A stretch of DNA of 64,000 nucleotides. It comes from Patescibacteria group bacterium (GTDB taxonomy: Bacteria > Patescibacteriota > Patescibacteriia > Patescibacteriales > UBA12465). The notes beneath the pieces were generated by a model. It was not told where the DNA came from. It did not search any database and saw only the letters and a list, made by a program, of their open reading frames with translations. Position numbers and translations under genes: made by a program. The stretch lies in NCBI GenBank assembly GCA_041650775.1, contig JBAZKO010000001.1, forward strand, positions 65,259 through 129,258, given 5' to 3'. Positions 38,029 through 48,335 of the stretch are shown here, in pieces (position 1 is the stretch's first letter; the number at the start of each line of letters is the position of its first letter).

Positions 38029-39089
38029 AAGAATTTTTGTTTCTGATTATTTTTTGAACGATGATCTAGCCACCAAAAACCGATAATCAATAAGGACATA
38101 ATACCCACTAAGAATAGCAACGCCAAAAATTTTCCTCGGCTCTGCAGGAACAAGCCGCTAAGACCAAAAACCAAAGACAGACTATAAAAAATTAAAACCG
38201 TTTTACGCTGACTGAGGCCGAGCGCGAGCAGACGATGATGTAAATGACGGCGATCGGCAAATTTAAAAGGATTCTGACCGCGCCCCAAACGGCGAATAAT
38301 CGTCCAGGCGACATCCAGAATCGGAATACCCATGATTAAAAGGGCAATGGCGATTTTTCCGCCGGAAATAATCGCCAGAACTCCCAGAATATAACCGAGC
38401 AGTAACGAACCGCCTTCACCTAAAAAAATCCTGGCCGGATGCCAATTAAAAATCAAGAAACCGAGACAGGCGCCGGCTAAAAGACAGGCGGCGAAAGCGA
38501 TATCCGGCTGGTAATACCGCGTCGTCAGCGTAAACAAAAAAATAATGAACCCGCCAATGGCGCCGATGCCGGAGACCAGACCGTCCACGCCATCCAAAAG
38601 TTTCGTCGTATACATCATGCCCAGAAGCCAGAGCGCGATAATCAGCGGCGAAATAAAAAACAAAGAATTCAGGTCGAAATAACCGCCGAAAGGATTAGTG
38701 ATTTTGGCAATTTCCACGCCGCCGGAGATTAAAATAGCGATGGCGAACAAGGGAAAAATAATTTGTTGCCAAGGACGCAAATTATATTTATCGTCCAGAA
38801 CGCCGCCGATAATAATAACCAAGGCGCCGCCGGCAAATCCAACCAGATGGGACCAGCGAAGATTGCCGGACAAAAAGTGATCGGAAAATAAAAATAAAAA
38901 GGAAAAATAAGCGCTAAAAATCGCCACCCCGCCCAGTAGCGGCATCGCGCTCGTATGAATTTTTCGGCTGGCAGAATTAGCGGTATCAGGTAAATCAACT
39001 ATATGAAAACGAAGGGCAATTTTCCTGACGAGGAAGGTCAAAAGCGCCGTCACCGCTAAAACTGATAAAAAAATAATAAAATAAAACAT
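38025..39089 (-). CDS. undecaprenyl-phosphate N-acetylhexosamine-1-phosphate transferase (WecA/TagO/MraY superfamily, GT4)
   Basis: RKIHTSAMPLLGGVAI and LLDGVDGLVSG motifs; about 10 TM. Confidence 0.75.
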   Translation of the reverse strand: MFYFIIFLSVLAVTALLTFLVRKIALRFHIVDLPDTANSASRKIHTSAMPLLGGVAIFSAYFSFLFLFSDHFLSGNLRWSHLVGFAGGALVIIIGGVLDDKYNLRPWQQIIFPLFAIAILISGGVEIAKITNPFGGYFDLNSLFFISPLIIALWLLGMMYTTKLLDGVDGLVSGIGAIGGFIIFLFTLTTRYYQPDIAFAACLLAGACLGFLIFNWHPARIFLGEGGSLLLGYILGVLAIISGGKIAIALLIMGIPILDVAWTIIRRLGRGQNPFKFADRRHLHHRLLALGLSQRKTVLIFYSLSLVFGLSGLFLQSRGKFLALLFLVGIMSLLIIGFWWLDHRSKNNQKQKFL

Positions 39090-39097
39090 TTCTAAAA

Positions 39098-41788
39098 TTA
39101 TAACTCCGGCGCTTTTTCAACCTCCACTTCCGCGTGACCGTTGATGATAACCGTATCGCGGCGTTTCAAATCGCCGGCTAAAATTTTATTGGCAATCTTG
39201 TCTTCAATCTTATCCTGAAGTAAGCGCCTGAGTGGTCGGGCGCCGAATTTCGGATCATAACCTTCGTGCGCCAGAAGCGTCACGCCTTCCTTATCGGCTT
39301 TCAGACTAATTCCCTTGTCCGCCAAACTTTTCTTGATTTTTTTCAGCATCAGGGTGGTAATCGCGAAAAGATCTTCTTCGCTCAGCGGCTTAAAGACAAT
39401 AATACCGTCGAAACGGTTGATAAGTTCCGGCCGCATGTATTTATTAAGCTGATTGTCTATTAACTCCTGCTTAATAATATTGACGGCGGTTTGGGCGCGA
39501 ATTTGTTCCTGAATATAAACAGCGCCAATATTGGAAGTGGCGATGATTATCGATTCGGAAAAGCTGATGGTCCGACCTTGGCCGTCGGTCAGGCGGCCGT
39601 CGTCCAAAAGCTGTAAAAATAAATTTAAAATATCCGGATTGGCTTTTTCGATTTCATCGAGCAAAACTAAAGCGAAGGGTTTTTTTCGCACCGCTTCCGT
39701 CAGATAGCCGAGCGTCCCGTCCGAATCGCCGATCATTTTCCGCACGCTGTCCGGCGATTGATATTCACTCATATCCAGACGCACCAGATAATCCTCGTCG
39801 CCGAAATAAACTTCACTGACCGATTTCGCCAACTCCGTTTTACCGACACCGGTCGGTCCTAAAAATAAAAAGCTGGCGATCGGCCTTTTACTGTCCTTCA
39901 ATTCGGCGCGCGCGCGGCGCAAGCTGGCCGCCACAGCGCTGACCGCCTCTTTCTGGTCGACCAGGCGTTTATGGATTTCCGTTTCCAGATTTAATAATTT
40001 CTGGCTTTCCGAAACTGTCACTTTGCTGACCGGAATGCCGGTCAGTTGGCTGACGGCCGCGGCGACCTCCTCTCGGCCGCAAAAAAATTTAGCCGGATCA
40101 TTCTTAAAATTATTGGAAGCGACCAGAGCCGCTTTCTCCAGTAAATCAATCGCTTTCAAGGGCAAAAATTTATCGTGCAAATAGCGCGACGACATGATGA
40201 CTGCCTGTTCCAAAGCGCCGTAAACCAAATAAATCCCATACTTCGACTCCAAAAGCCCGACTTTGCTTTCCAGAATCTGAATCGCCTCGTTGACCTCCGG
40301 TTCTTTAACGCCGATAGTCGTCAAAACGTTACCAATCGCTTTATTCTCAATATAATGAGTATAATTTTCCGTGGTCGCCGAAGCCAGACAATATAGATTC
40401 TTCCGCCCGATAGCTTCGGACAAGATTTCCGAAAGATCCAAACTCTCCCGACTGCCGGCGCTGATTCCGATTATATTCTCAATATTGTCCAAATATAAAA
40501 TAATGTTTTCTGAACGACTGATTTCGTTTAAGCTAGTCAGCAGGCGTTCCTGCGCTTCGCTCGCGTCGGCGCCAGCAACCAGACGGGAAATGTCCAATTC
40601 CACTAAACGTTTGTCTTTTAAAAAAGGCGGCACGTTTTCTTCCACCATCAGCTGTGCCAAACCGTCGATAATCGCGCTTTTGCCAACGCCAACCGGTCCA
40701 ACCAGAAGAACACCATTATGCCCGCCGGAAAAAGCCTCGAAAATACTGGCTATTTCTTTTTGCCGACCGACGCAGATATCCAGCGCGCCGCTCTTCGCTC
40801 GGATAGTTAAATCATGAGAAAAATGATCCAAGGTCGGAGTAGCAATCGCGGTATAAGCGCGGTTCATGTTGTTCCCCGGCTTGAGGATCGCCAAACGACG
40901 ATAATCACGATAATTTTCTAACAAAAGACGATTGATCCGGAACCAAGCGACCGTGTTAATAATCTTATCCCGATCAATTTCTAATTCGTAAAGGATTTCC
41001 GCCAGATGCGGATCATGATCATAACAAAATGAAACAATATTTAAAAGATCAACGCTGTTCTGATGTCTTTGATAAGCGTCGACAAAAGCCGAAACCAAAA
41101 CCTCCTGCAAAGCTGGAGACAATTCCGGCGACTTCTGACTTTCGACGTCCTGCGGACCGACCAGATGGCGGTCGATTAGTTCGACTAGCCGCTTGGCATC
41201 CACATTCAAACGGATGAATATGTTTTGAACTTCTTTGGTTTTCAACAGAACCCGAAAAAGATGAATAGCTTCCACCCGTTCCTGACGCAATTTATTGGCT
41301 AAGAGGTAAGCGTCCTCCACGGCGCGACTGGCATCACGCGAATAAGCGGCGGCGACATTGTATTTTTTCCGGCCACGACGGTTATTTTTTTTCTCAGCGC
41401 CAAAAAGACGAAAATTAATCTTCCTAGCCGAAGCCCGGATTTCACTGTTTTTATAAATCAAGAATAAATCAAACCATAAGGACAGTAAAAAAACTAAAAT
41501 TAACGGATCGAATTTTTTCCAAAAAAATAGAAGCTGAAACGGATTAGCCGCCAACATCACCTGATGCCGAAAAAGCCAAAAGCCAAAAGCCGCCCAACCG
41601 GCGAAAATTATAAACCAGGTAAGAAAAATCAAAAGCCGGTCGATTTTTTCTTTGATTCTTTCCAGATTGACCAGCGAGCGCTTCAGTTTCTTCCCCCAAA
41701 ATAAAAACCGGCCGGAAAACCAGGCGCCGCGGCCGCCCTGATCCTGCTCTTCGGTAAAAATTATTTTTTCTGATAACGCTTCAGCCAT
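39098..41788 (-). CDS. membrane-anchored Hsp100/Clp-family double-AAA+ ATPase
   Basis: Two N-terminal TM helices, Clp_N-like helical repeats, D1 Walker A GPVGVGKS with Walker B ILYLDNIENI (DN not DE), D2 Walker A GPTGVGKT with Walker B LVLLDEIEKA, and the sensor/arginine motif GARPLRR. Confidence 0.8.
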   Translation of the reverse strand: MAEALSEKIIFTEEQDQGGRGAWFSGRFLFWGKKLKRSLVNLERIKEKIDRLLIFLTWFIIFAGWAAFGFWLFRHQVMLAANPFQLLFFWKKFDPLILVFLLSLWFDLFLIYKNSEIRASARKINFRLFGAEKKNNRRGRKKYNVAAAYSRDASRAVEDAYLLANKLRQERVEAIHLFRVLLKTKEVQNIFIRLNVDAKRLVELIDRHLVGPQDVESQKSPELSPALQEVLVSAFVDAYQRHQNSVDLLNIVSFCYDHDPHLAEILYELEIDRDKIINTVAWFRINRLLLENYRDYRRLAILKPGNNMNRAYTAIATPTLDHFSHDLTIRAKSGALDICVGRQKEIASIFEAFSGGHNGVLLVGPVGVGKSAIIDGLAQLMVEENVPPFLKDKRLVELDISRLVAGADASEAQERLLTSLNEISRSENIILYLDNIENIIGISAGSRESLDLSEILSEAIGRKNLYCLASATTENYTHYIENKAIGNVLTTIGVKEPEVNEAIQILESKVGLLESKYGIYLVYGALEQAVIMSSRYLHDKFLPLKAIDLLEKAALVASNNFKNDPAKFFCGREEVAAAVSQLTGIPVSKVTVSESQKLLNLETEIHKRLVDQKEAVSAVAASLRRARAELKDSKRPIASFLFLGPTGVGKTELAKSVSEVYFGDEDYLVRLDMSEYQSPDSVRKMIGDSDGTLGYLTEAVRKKPFALVLLDEIEKANPDILNLFLQLLDDGRLTDGQGRTISFSESIIIATSNIGAVYIQEQIRAQTAVNIIKQELIDNQLNKYMRPELINRFDGIIVFKPLSEEDLFAITTLMLKKIKKSLADKGISLKADKEGVTLLAHEGYDPKFGARPLRRLLQDKIEDKIANKILAGDLKRRDTVIINGHAEVEVEKAPEL

Positions 41789-41813
41789 ATTGATACGGTC
41801 TGGCCGTTAAAAT

Positions 41814-42257
41814 TTATTTTAAAAATTGGAAAGACAAAGCCAGCAACAATCCTAGAGGAAAAGCCAACCAAGCGGCCAGAAGGAATAAAAGAATCATCAG
41901 CCAAAAGACCAAAATCACGCCGCGAAAAATTATTTGCACCAGACGCATCAGGAAACTGATAATCCGGCTGGCAATATCGCGCTGGCCGTACATTGGCACG
42001 AAAATATTCTTCAACCAGATACCGAAACCCAGAGATTTTTCCCGGTCGCGCCAGAATCGCCAGACACCCTTCAGCAGACGCCCGAAACCGACACTGTACC
42101 ACCAGATTGGGAAATACAAAATTTCTCCTAAAATCTGGATAATAATCTTACCGGAATAGGTTAAAAAATTATGATTAAGCATTAAAGCTATTATAACATA
42201 AAAGTCCAAATAAAAAACAGCCCACTTAGCGGGCTGTCGGGAATTTAATATTTTCAA
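41814..42257 (-). CDS. hypothetical membrane protein (3-4 TM)
   Basis: Hydrophobic profile; 25 bp upstream of the Clp-like ATPase on the same strand. The alternative overlapping frame 41761..42102 is rejected. Confidence 0.4.
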   Translation of the reverse strand: MKILNSRQPAKWAVFYLDFYVIIALMLNHNFLTYSGKIIIQILGEILYFPIWWYSVGFGRLLKGVWRFWRDREKSLGFGIWLKNIFVPMYGQRDIASRIISFLMRLVQIIFRGVILVFWLMILLFLLAAWLAFPLGLLLALSFQFLK

Positions 42258-42283
42258 TTGATAATTTATGGTCGGCCAGATTT

Positions 42284-43078
42284 CTATCTTAATTCCCTCT
42301 GATTTTGGGAAATAGAAACGCAGACATCTTTAAAACAACCATCTTCTGATTCCTGATTATGAGTCCAACCTGAAGAACCAAAGAAACCGAAATGATGATA
42401 GACCCCTTCCATAATACAGACGGCGCGATGAAACCATTTTTCGACGATTCTTTCTCCGGTCAAAATAAAAATAGTCATCGCCACTTCAGTCAAAACATGA
42501 GCGTTAGTTCTCTCGAAATCTTGACCGAACTTAGTTTTAATCGCTTCCGTTTGTTGCTGATAATCAAAATTAGAAAATAATCCTTTAAAATTTATCAGAT
42601 AATAACCAGCCAGAGGAAGATGCTCAGGCCATAGACAACCGCGCGAATGTAAATTATTAGACATTTCCTTAAAGTAAGGCTGATTCTTCCTATTTATTAT
42701 ACTTACATAATGATAGTACAAATCGGATGCTGATCGGCCGCTATAGTAAACCAGCCGCCAATCCTCGCCAGCTATCTCGTTACGGCGAGCGACAAGTTTT
42801 AAATCTGTCACCGAATATTTAATCGGCGATTTTTGTTGTTGCACATTCCAAGCCAAATTAAAATTGGCAACTGTTAATACCCGGCGATAACCCAGGATCT
42901 TCTTGGCTTGAGAGAGACTGCTCAACCCAAAGACGCCATCGGAAAACTGACCGGGATCATCTAAATAATCCTGAAAATTTTCCGAAGTAACCTGTCTTAA
43001 TTCAACTTTTTTCCAGAATTCTTGCCATTGGCCAGCCGTAATTGACGACCGGTCGGAAACAATTACTTTTTTACTCAT
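42284..43078 (-). CDS. hypothetical soluble protein (264 aa) with a Cys/His-containing C-terminus
   Basis: No family motif recognised. First gene of the operon that is divergent from clpB. Confidence 0.4.
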   Translation of the reverse strand: MSKKVIVSDRSSITAGQWQEFWKKVELRQVTSENFQDYLDDPGQFSDGVFGLSSLSQAKKILGYRRVLTVANFNLAWNVQQQKSPIKYSVTDLKLVARRNEIAGEDWRLVYYSGRSASDLYYHYVSIINRKNQPYFKEMSNNLHSRGCLWPEHLPLAGYYLINFKGLFSNFDYQQQTEAIKTKFGQDFERTNAHVLTEVAMTIFILTGERIVEKWFHRAVCIMEGVYHHFGFFGSSGWTHNQESEDGCFKDVCVSISQNQRELR

Positions 43079-43123
43079 AACCGTTAATTTAAATTGTTAA
43101 AAAACTATCTGAAAACGCCAAAC

Positions 43124-43151
43124 TTGACGTCAACTTATACTGCCATATAAT
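43124..43151 (+). promoter_or_regulatory. putative clpB promoter (TTGACG-16-TATAAT)
   Basis: TTGACG 43124-43129 (inside the palindrome TTGACGTCAA), 16-nt spacer, TATAAT 43146-43151. Confidence 0.45.
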
Positions 43152-43200
43152 AAATATATTGTCAATATTTACATGGTCTATATATTATATTATGATTAGA

Positions 43201-43227
43201 TTAGCACTCTCTTAATAAGAGTGCTAA
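43201..43227. promoter_or_regulatory. CIRCE operator (HrcA binding site), perfect consensus
   Basis: TTAGCACTC-tcttaataa-GAGTGCTAA read directly. It lies between the divergent 42284..43078 operon and clpB, 44 nt upstream of the clpB ATG. Confidence 0.85.
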
Positions 43228-43270
43228 AAGTTAAATATTTATAAATATTTCTTAAAATTAAAATACTCCT

Positions 43271-45910
43271 ATGTTCAATAAATTCACGGATAAATCACAA
43301 GAAGTCATCATTAACGCCCAAATAATCGCCTCCGCTTACGGCCAGGCGAATATCGAAGCTTTGCATATCCTGCTCGCGCTCCTGCAACAAAACGAAAGCT
43401 TAATTAAGCCGGTTCTGGAAAAGATGAAAATTGATCCGGATCGGATTGAGGACCAAACAATCAAAGCAATTCAAAAACTGCCGCGCGTCAAAACCAATCC
43501 GAACAGTGGACCGGTTCAGGCCGTTTCCGGCACGGCGGAAACCGCTCTGGTTTTAGAGCGGGCGCAAAAGGAAGCGGACGGCATGAACGATGAATTTATT
43601 TCCACCGAACATATCCTTCTGGCGCTCATCGGCGTGCCTTCGCCCGCGCAAAGCGTGCTTCTGTCTTTCAAAGTGGAATACCAAAACGTCAGAAATATTC
43701 TCAAAGAATTGCGCGGCAATCAGACGATCAACGATCCCTTCCCAGAGAATAAATATAAAGTGCTGGAAAAATATACGACGAACTTGACCGAACTCGCTCG
43801 ACAGGAGAAACTTGACCCGGTCGTAGGACGCGATCAGGAAATCCGCCGCATCATGCAGGTCTTATTGCGCCGCACAAAAAATAATCCGGTTTTAATCGGC
43901 GAAGCCGGTACCGGTAAGACGGCCATTGTCGAGGGCTTGGCTCAACGCATTATCAGCGGCGATGTCCCGGAAAATCTAAAGAATAAAGAAATCGTCACAT
44001 TGGATCTCAGCGCGCTGGTCGCCGGCGCGAAATTCCGCGGTGAATTCGAAGATCGCCTGAAAGCGGTTCTGAAAGAAGTTAAATCGCAAAACGGTCGCAT
44101 AATCCTATTCATTGACGAGCTTCATACCCTAATCGGCGCCGGCGCTTCCGAAGGCTCCATGGACGCTTCTAATATGTTAAAGCCCGCTCTGGCGCGCGGC
44201 GAGCTGCGGACCATCGGCGCCACCACGACTAAAGAATATCAAAAATATATCGAAAAAGATTCGGCTCTGGAACGCCGCTTCCAGCCAATCATAGTAAACG
44301 AACCGAGCGTCGATGATACGGTCAGTATGTTACGTGGTCTGAAGGAAAAATATGAAGTCCATCATGGCGTTCGCATAACCGATAACGCGCTCATCGCCGC
44401 CGCGAAGTTATCTCACCGCTATATCAGCGACCGTTTTCTGCCGGACAAAGCCGTAGATCTGATTGACGAAGCGACTTCTTCCCTACGTATGGAAATCGAT
44501 TCCATGCCTGATGAGTTAGACCAGCTAAAGCGCCGAATCAATCAGTTAGAACTGAACAAAGCCGGACTGACGACGACCGACAAAAAATCACCGAAACTGC
44601 GAGTACTGAACGCTGAATTGGCCAAATCAAGAGAAAAGTCCGACCAACTGGAGCTACATTGGAATAATGAAAAAAATATCATTTCACAAATCCGCGCGTC
44701 CAAGAAAGAAATGGAGGATTTAAAAATAAAAGCGGAAATTTCCCAGCGTCAAGGCGCCGATCTGACCGAGGTGGCTAAAATCAGATATAGTTTGCTTCCC
44801 GAACTGGAGAAAAAAATCCAAAACCTGCAGACGGAACTCTTGAAAATACAAAAAAAAGGCCAGCGGATTCTCAAAGAAGAGGTGGATGAAGAAGATATCG
44901 CTAAAGTCGTGGCGCGTTGGACCGGCATTCCGGTTAATAAGATGCTTCAGGATGAAATCAAAAGACTGAGCGAAGCCGAGGCCGAACTGGCCGAGGAAGT
45001 CATCGGTCAAGAAGAAGCGATTAAAGCGGTCGCCAGCGCTTTACGCCGCAGTCGCGCCGGCATCAATGAAGAAAAAAAACCAATCGGCTCCTTTTTGTTC
45101 GTCGGCCCGACCGGCGTCGGAAAAACCGAACTGGCGAAAACCTTGGCGCGCTTTATGTTCGATGACGAAAAAGCACTTATTCGTCTGGATATGAGCGAAT
45201 TCATGGAGAAACACAGCGTCGCTAAATTAATCGGCTCGCCTCCCGGCTATATCGGCTACGACGAAGGCGGGCAACTGACCGATAAAATCCGCCGCCATCC
45301 TTATTCCGTCGTTCTTTTCGACGAAATCGAGAAAGCTCATCCCGACATGTTCAATATGCTACTGCAGATTCTGGACGACGGCCGCCTGACCGATTCCAAA
45401 GGACGCGTCGTTAACTTCAAAAACACCATCGTCATTATGACCTCCAATCTGGGCAATGAAATCATCAAACAATATTCTATCGGCTTCGCCGACGCGGGTG
45501 ATAAAGCGCAGGCGACCAAAATGCGTACCGCCGAAATGAAAGAAAAAATCGATAAGATTTTAAAAAATCATTTCAAGCTGGAATTTTTAAACCGCATCGA
45601 TGAGATAGTCCTGTTCCAGAGTCTGACGCCGGAAGCACTGGAAAAAATCGTCGATCTGGAACTTAAAAAAGTAGAAAAAAGATTAGGTAATAAAAATATT
45701 GCCGTCAAGGTCAGTCCGAAAGTCAAGAAACTTCTGGCGGAAAAAGGCTATGATATCGCTTACGGCGCCCGTCCTTTAAAGCGCATCATTCAAACCATGA
45801 TTCTGGACGAACTGGCTTCGGAAATTATCGCGGGAAAAATCAATGACGGAGATAAAATTCGCATCGATTTGAACGATAAAGAAACGGTTGTACTGAAAAT
45901 AAACGGCTAA
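43271..45910 (+). CDS. clpB: ATP-dependent chaperone ClpB
   Basis: Clp_N domain. D1 Walker A GEAGTGKT, Walker [10 protein letters not shown]. Long M-domain coiled coil. D2 Walker A GPTGVGKT, Walker [12 protein letters not shown]. 879 aa. Confidence 0.9.
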   Translation: MFNKFTDKSQEVIINAQIIASAYGQANIEALHILLALLQQNESLIKPVLEKMKIDPDRIEDQTIKAIQKLPRVKTNPNSGPVQAVSGTAETALVLERAQKEADGMNDEFISTEHILLALIGVPSPAQSVLLSFKVEYQNVRNILKELRGNQTINDPFPENKYKVLEKYTTNLTELARQEKLDPVVGRDQEIRRIMQVLLRRTKNNPVLIGEAGTGKTAIVEGLAQRIISGDVPENLKNKEIVTLDLSALVAGAKFRGEFEDRLKAVLKEVKSQNGRIILFIDELHTLIGAGASEGSMDASNMLKPALARGELRTIGATTTKEYQKYIEKDSALERRFQPIIVNEPSVDDTVSMLRGLKEKYEVHHGVRITDNALIAAAKLSHRYISDRFLPDKAVDLIDEATSSLRMEIDSMPDELDQLKRRINQLELNKAGLTTTDKKSPKLRVLNAELAKSREKSDQLELHWNNEKNIISQIRASKKEMEDLKIKAEISQRQGADLTEVAKIRYSLLPELEKKIQNLQTELLKIQKKGQRILKEEVDEEDIAKVVARWTGIPVNKMLQDEIKRLSEAEAELAEEVIGQEEAIKAVASALRRSRAGINEEKKPIGSFLFVGPTGVGKTELAKTLARFMFDDEKALIRLDMSEFMEKHSVAKLIGSPPGYIGYDEGGQLTDKIRRHPYSVVLFDEIEKAHPDMFNMLLQILDDGRLTDSKGRVVNFKNTIVIMTSNLGNEIIKQYSIGFADAGDKAQATKMRTAEMKEKIDKILKNHFKLEFLNRIDEIVLFQSLTPEALEKIVDLELKKVEKRLGNKNIAVKVSPKVKKLLAEKGYDIAYGARPLKRIIQTMILDELASEIIAGKINDGDKIRIDLNDKETVVLKING

Positions 45911-45999
45911 AAATAACGATAAAATTAAAAAAACCCTAAAAACGGGCTTTTTTAATTTTCCTTTGTCACAAATTGAAAATTATATTATAATGTTGGCAT

Positions 46000-47484
46000 A
46001 TGAAAAATCACAAAATTACAATTTCTCTCTGGGCAGTTTGCCTGGCTCTGGCGGTTCTGGCGCTACCGGCTATTTCCCGGGCGCAAGTTGAAATCGATCC
46101 TGATTTTAATCCGCACCGGATATTGGAGGATAGCGAACTGCTGAATTATAACGCCATGAGTCTAGCGGACATTCAAAATTTTTTGCAAGCTAAGGGTAGT
46201 TTTTTAGCCAGCTACACGACCATAGACACTTACGGCAATCAAAAAACGGCGGCGGAAATAATTTACAACGCGACCCACAATAATTACGACTGCGATAACG
46301 CGGATCTGAGCGATGAACCGACGGAAACGGAAAAATCCTTAAAATGTCGACATATCACGACAGTCAACCCAAAATTTATTCTGGTTCTCCTGCAAAAGGA
46401 ATCAAGCCTGATCGAAGACAGCAGTCCGAGCCAAAGTAATTTGGATTGGGCGACCGGCTACGGCTGTCCGGATAACTGGGTCTGCAACCCTTACTATAAA
46501 GGTTTCGGCAAACAGGTTAATAGCGCCGCCCTTCAGTTTTACGCTTACATGACCGAACCGAACCGCTATAATTACAAAGCCGGCCAAACTTACACCATCA
46601 GCAACACCATTCAGCCCTACTGCGTCGATTCCAACCAGATAATGTCGGTTACTCCACAAAATCTGGCTACCGCCGGTCTATACAATTATACACCCCATGT
46701 TTTTAACGGAAATTACAATGTTTATAAGCTCTGGAATAGATATTTTCCTAAAGTTTCTCGGCTCTATCCCGACAGTTCAATTATCAAAGCCATGGGCGAC
46801 CCGCAAATCTGGTTGATAGAGAACGGCAAAAAAAGACATTTCGCCAATTGGTCGGCGTTCATTTCCCGTTTCCATCCGGAACAAATAGTCGAAGTTAACA
46901 GCGCCGATCTGGATAATTATCCTAACGGCGAAGAAATCAAATTCGCCAATTATTCCTTAGTCCGGACACCGGATAAAAAAACTTATCTGCTGGTCGATAA
47001 AGAAAAACGCCCCTTTGCCAGCGACGCGGTATTCAAAAAAATCGGTTTCAACCCCGAAGAAGTGGAAAAAGCGACGTCGGAAGATTTGGTCGGCTATTCT
47101 CTGGGGAAAACCATAACCGCCACCTCGACTTATGTTACCGGCGCTTTATTGCAGGATAGCAAAACCGGCGATGTCTTCTATGTCGAAAACGGCATCAAGG
47201 CGCCGGTTGATAAAATCCTGCTGAAAACAAAATTCGCCGAACAAAAAATAATCAAAAAAACCACTAAAGAATTAAAAGTTTACGCCACCAGCACACCGAT
47301 TTTGCTGAATGAAGGCACATTGGTCAAAACGGAAAATTTCCCGCTGGTTTACCTGATTTCCGACGGCAAAAAACGACCCATAGACGACGCTACTTTCCTT
47401 AAACTTGGCTATAATCCTAAAAATGTCATTACAGTTTCTTCGCAATTCTTATACAACTACGATGCCGGCGAAGCGGTCAAATAA
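46000..47484 (+). CDS. hypothetical secreted protein (494 aa) with several Cys pairs
   Basis: Signal peptide (AISRA-QV). Cys pairs CDNAD...CRH, GCPDNWVC, YCVD. No recognisable family. Confidence 0.4.
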   Translation: MKNHKITISLWAVCLALAVLALPAISRAQVEIDPDFNPHRILEDSELLNYNAMSLADIQNFLQAKGSFLASYTTIDTYGNQKTAAEIIYNATHNNYDCDNADLSDEPTETEKSLKCRHITTVNPKFILVLLQKESSLIEDSSPSQSNLDWATGYGCPDNWVCNPYYKGFGKQVNSAALQFYAYMTEPNRYNYKAGQTYTISNTIQPYCVDSNQIMSVTPQNLATAGLYNYTPHVFNGNYNVYKLWNRYFPKVSRLYPDSSIIKAMGDPQIWLIENGKKRHFANWSAFISRFHPEQIVEVNSADLDNYPNGEEIKFANYSLVRTPDKKTYLLVDKEKRPFASDAVFKKIGFNPEEVEKATSEDLVGYSLGKTITATSTYVTGALLQDSKTGDVFYVENGIKAPVDKILLKTKFAEQKIIKKTTKELKVYATSTPILLNEGTLVKTENFPLVYLISDGKKRPIDDATFLKLGYNPKNVITVSSQFLYNYDAGEAVK

Positions 47485-47514
47485 GCGATAGATTATCTAT
47501 ATACCTCAAAAATT

Positions 47515-48318
47515 ATGGCTTTAACCAATATCGCTTTGCTTCCTCATTCGCCGCTACTAATACCGGAAATTGGCCGGGCTAATTATAAATTCTTAGAAAA
47601 AACCGCGGCCGCCTATGAACAGATTGAGAACAGTTTAAAAGCCGCCGCCGTCAATACCGTTATCCTGATAAGTCCTCACGGCTCTTCCCAGGCCGATTCT
47701 TTTACGCTGAATGTCGCGCCGGAAATGGAAGTAAATCTTAAAGAATTCGGCTTTATCCCGCCGAGAACCGTCTTTAATGGCGACGCGCTTCTGGCCGATC
47801 AGATAAAAACTGCTTTGCGCCCCGGCTTCCCGCTCCGCTTGATTTCCGAACCATTTCTCGACCATGGCAGTTCCGTCCCTTTGTATCTTTTAAAAACTTT
47901 GGCGGCAGATTTCAAGATAGTAATCATTTCACCAGCAGAGAATTTAAATCTGGAAGAGCAACTGCGTTTCGGCCAAAAATTACAAAGCGTGATTGCCGCC
48001 AGCGATAAAAACATCGCGGTTATCGCTTCCGGCGATCTATCGCATCGGCTTAAAAAAAAATCGCCGGGCGGCTATTCTCCCAAGGGCGCCAAATTCGACA
48101 ATAAACTGATTGAATATCTGAATGAACCGTCGATTGCGACAACTGCTATTTTAAAAATAGAAGAAAAGATGATTAAGGACGCGGGCGAATGCGGTTTAAA
48201 GCCGATCTTAATTCTCTTAGGCGTTCTATCCGATCAACTTTGGCAATCGCAGGTTCTCGCCTACCAAACCGATTTCGGCGTCGGTTATCTAAGCATGGAG
48301 TTTAAAATTAAAAATTGA
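47515..48318 (+). CDS. class III extradiol dioxygenase (LigB/Memo-like) family protein
   Basis: LLPHSPLL ... ISPHG ... GDLSHRL motifs typical of LigB/DODA-type enzymes. Confidence 0.5.
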   Translation: MALTNIALLPHSPLLIPEIGRANYKFLEKTAAAYEQIENSLKAAAVNTVILISPHGSSQADSFTLNVAPEMEVNLKEFGFIPPRTVFNGDALLADQIKTALRPGFPLRLISEPFLDHGSSVPLYLLKTLAADFKIVIISPAENLNLEEQLRFGQKLQSVIAASDKNIAVIASGDLSHRLKKKSPGGYSPKGAKFDNKLIEYLNEPSIATTAILKIEEKMIKDAGECGLKPILILLGVLSDQLWQSQVLAYQTDFGVGYLSMEFKIKN

Positions 48319-48335
48319 GTAAATAAACACAGATT

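Noticed and set aside
41761-42102. 113-aa ORF in an alternative frame overlapping 41814..42257
   Set aside because: The longer frame has TM helices and better spacing to its neighbours. This ORF also overlaps the Clp-like gene start, so it is likely spurious.
45931-45962. Possible terminator after clpB (aaaaaaaccctaaaaacgggctttttt)
   Set aside because: Only a 3-bp CCC/GGG stem can form, so it is not a convincing intrinsic terminator. The U-tract alone is insufficient.
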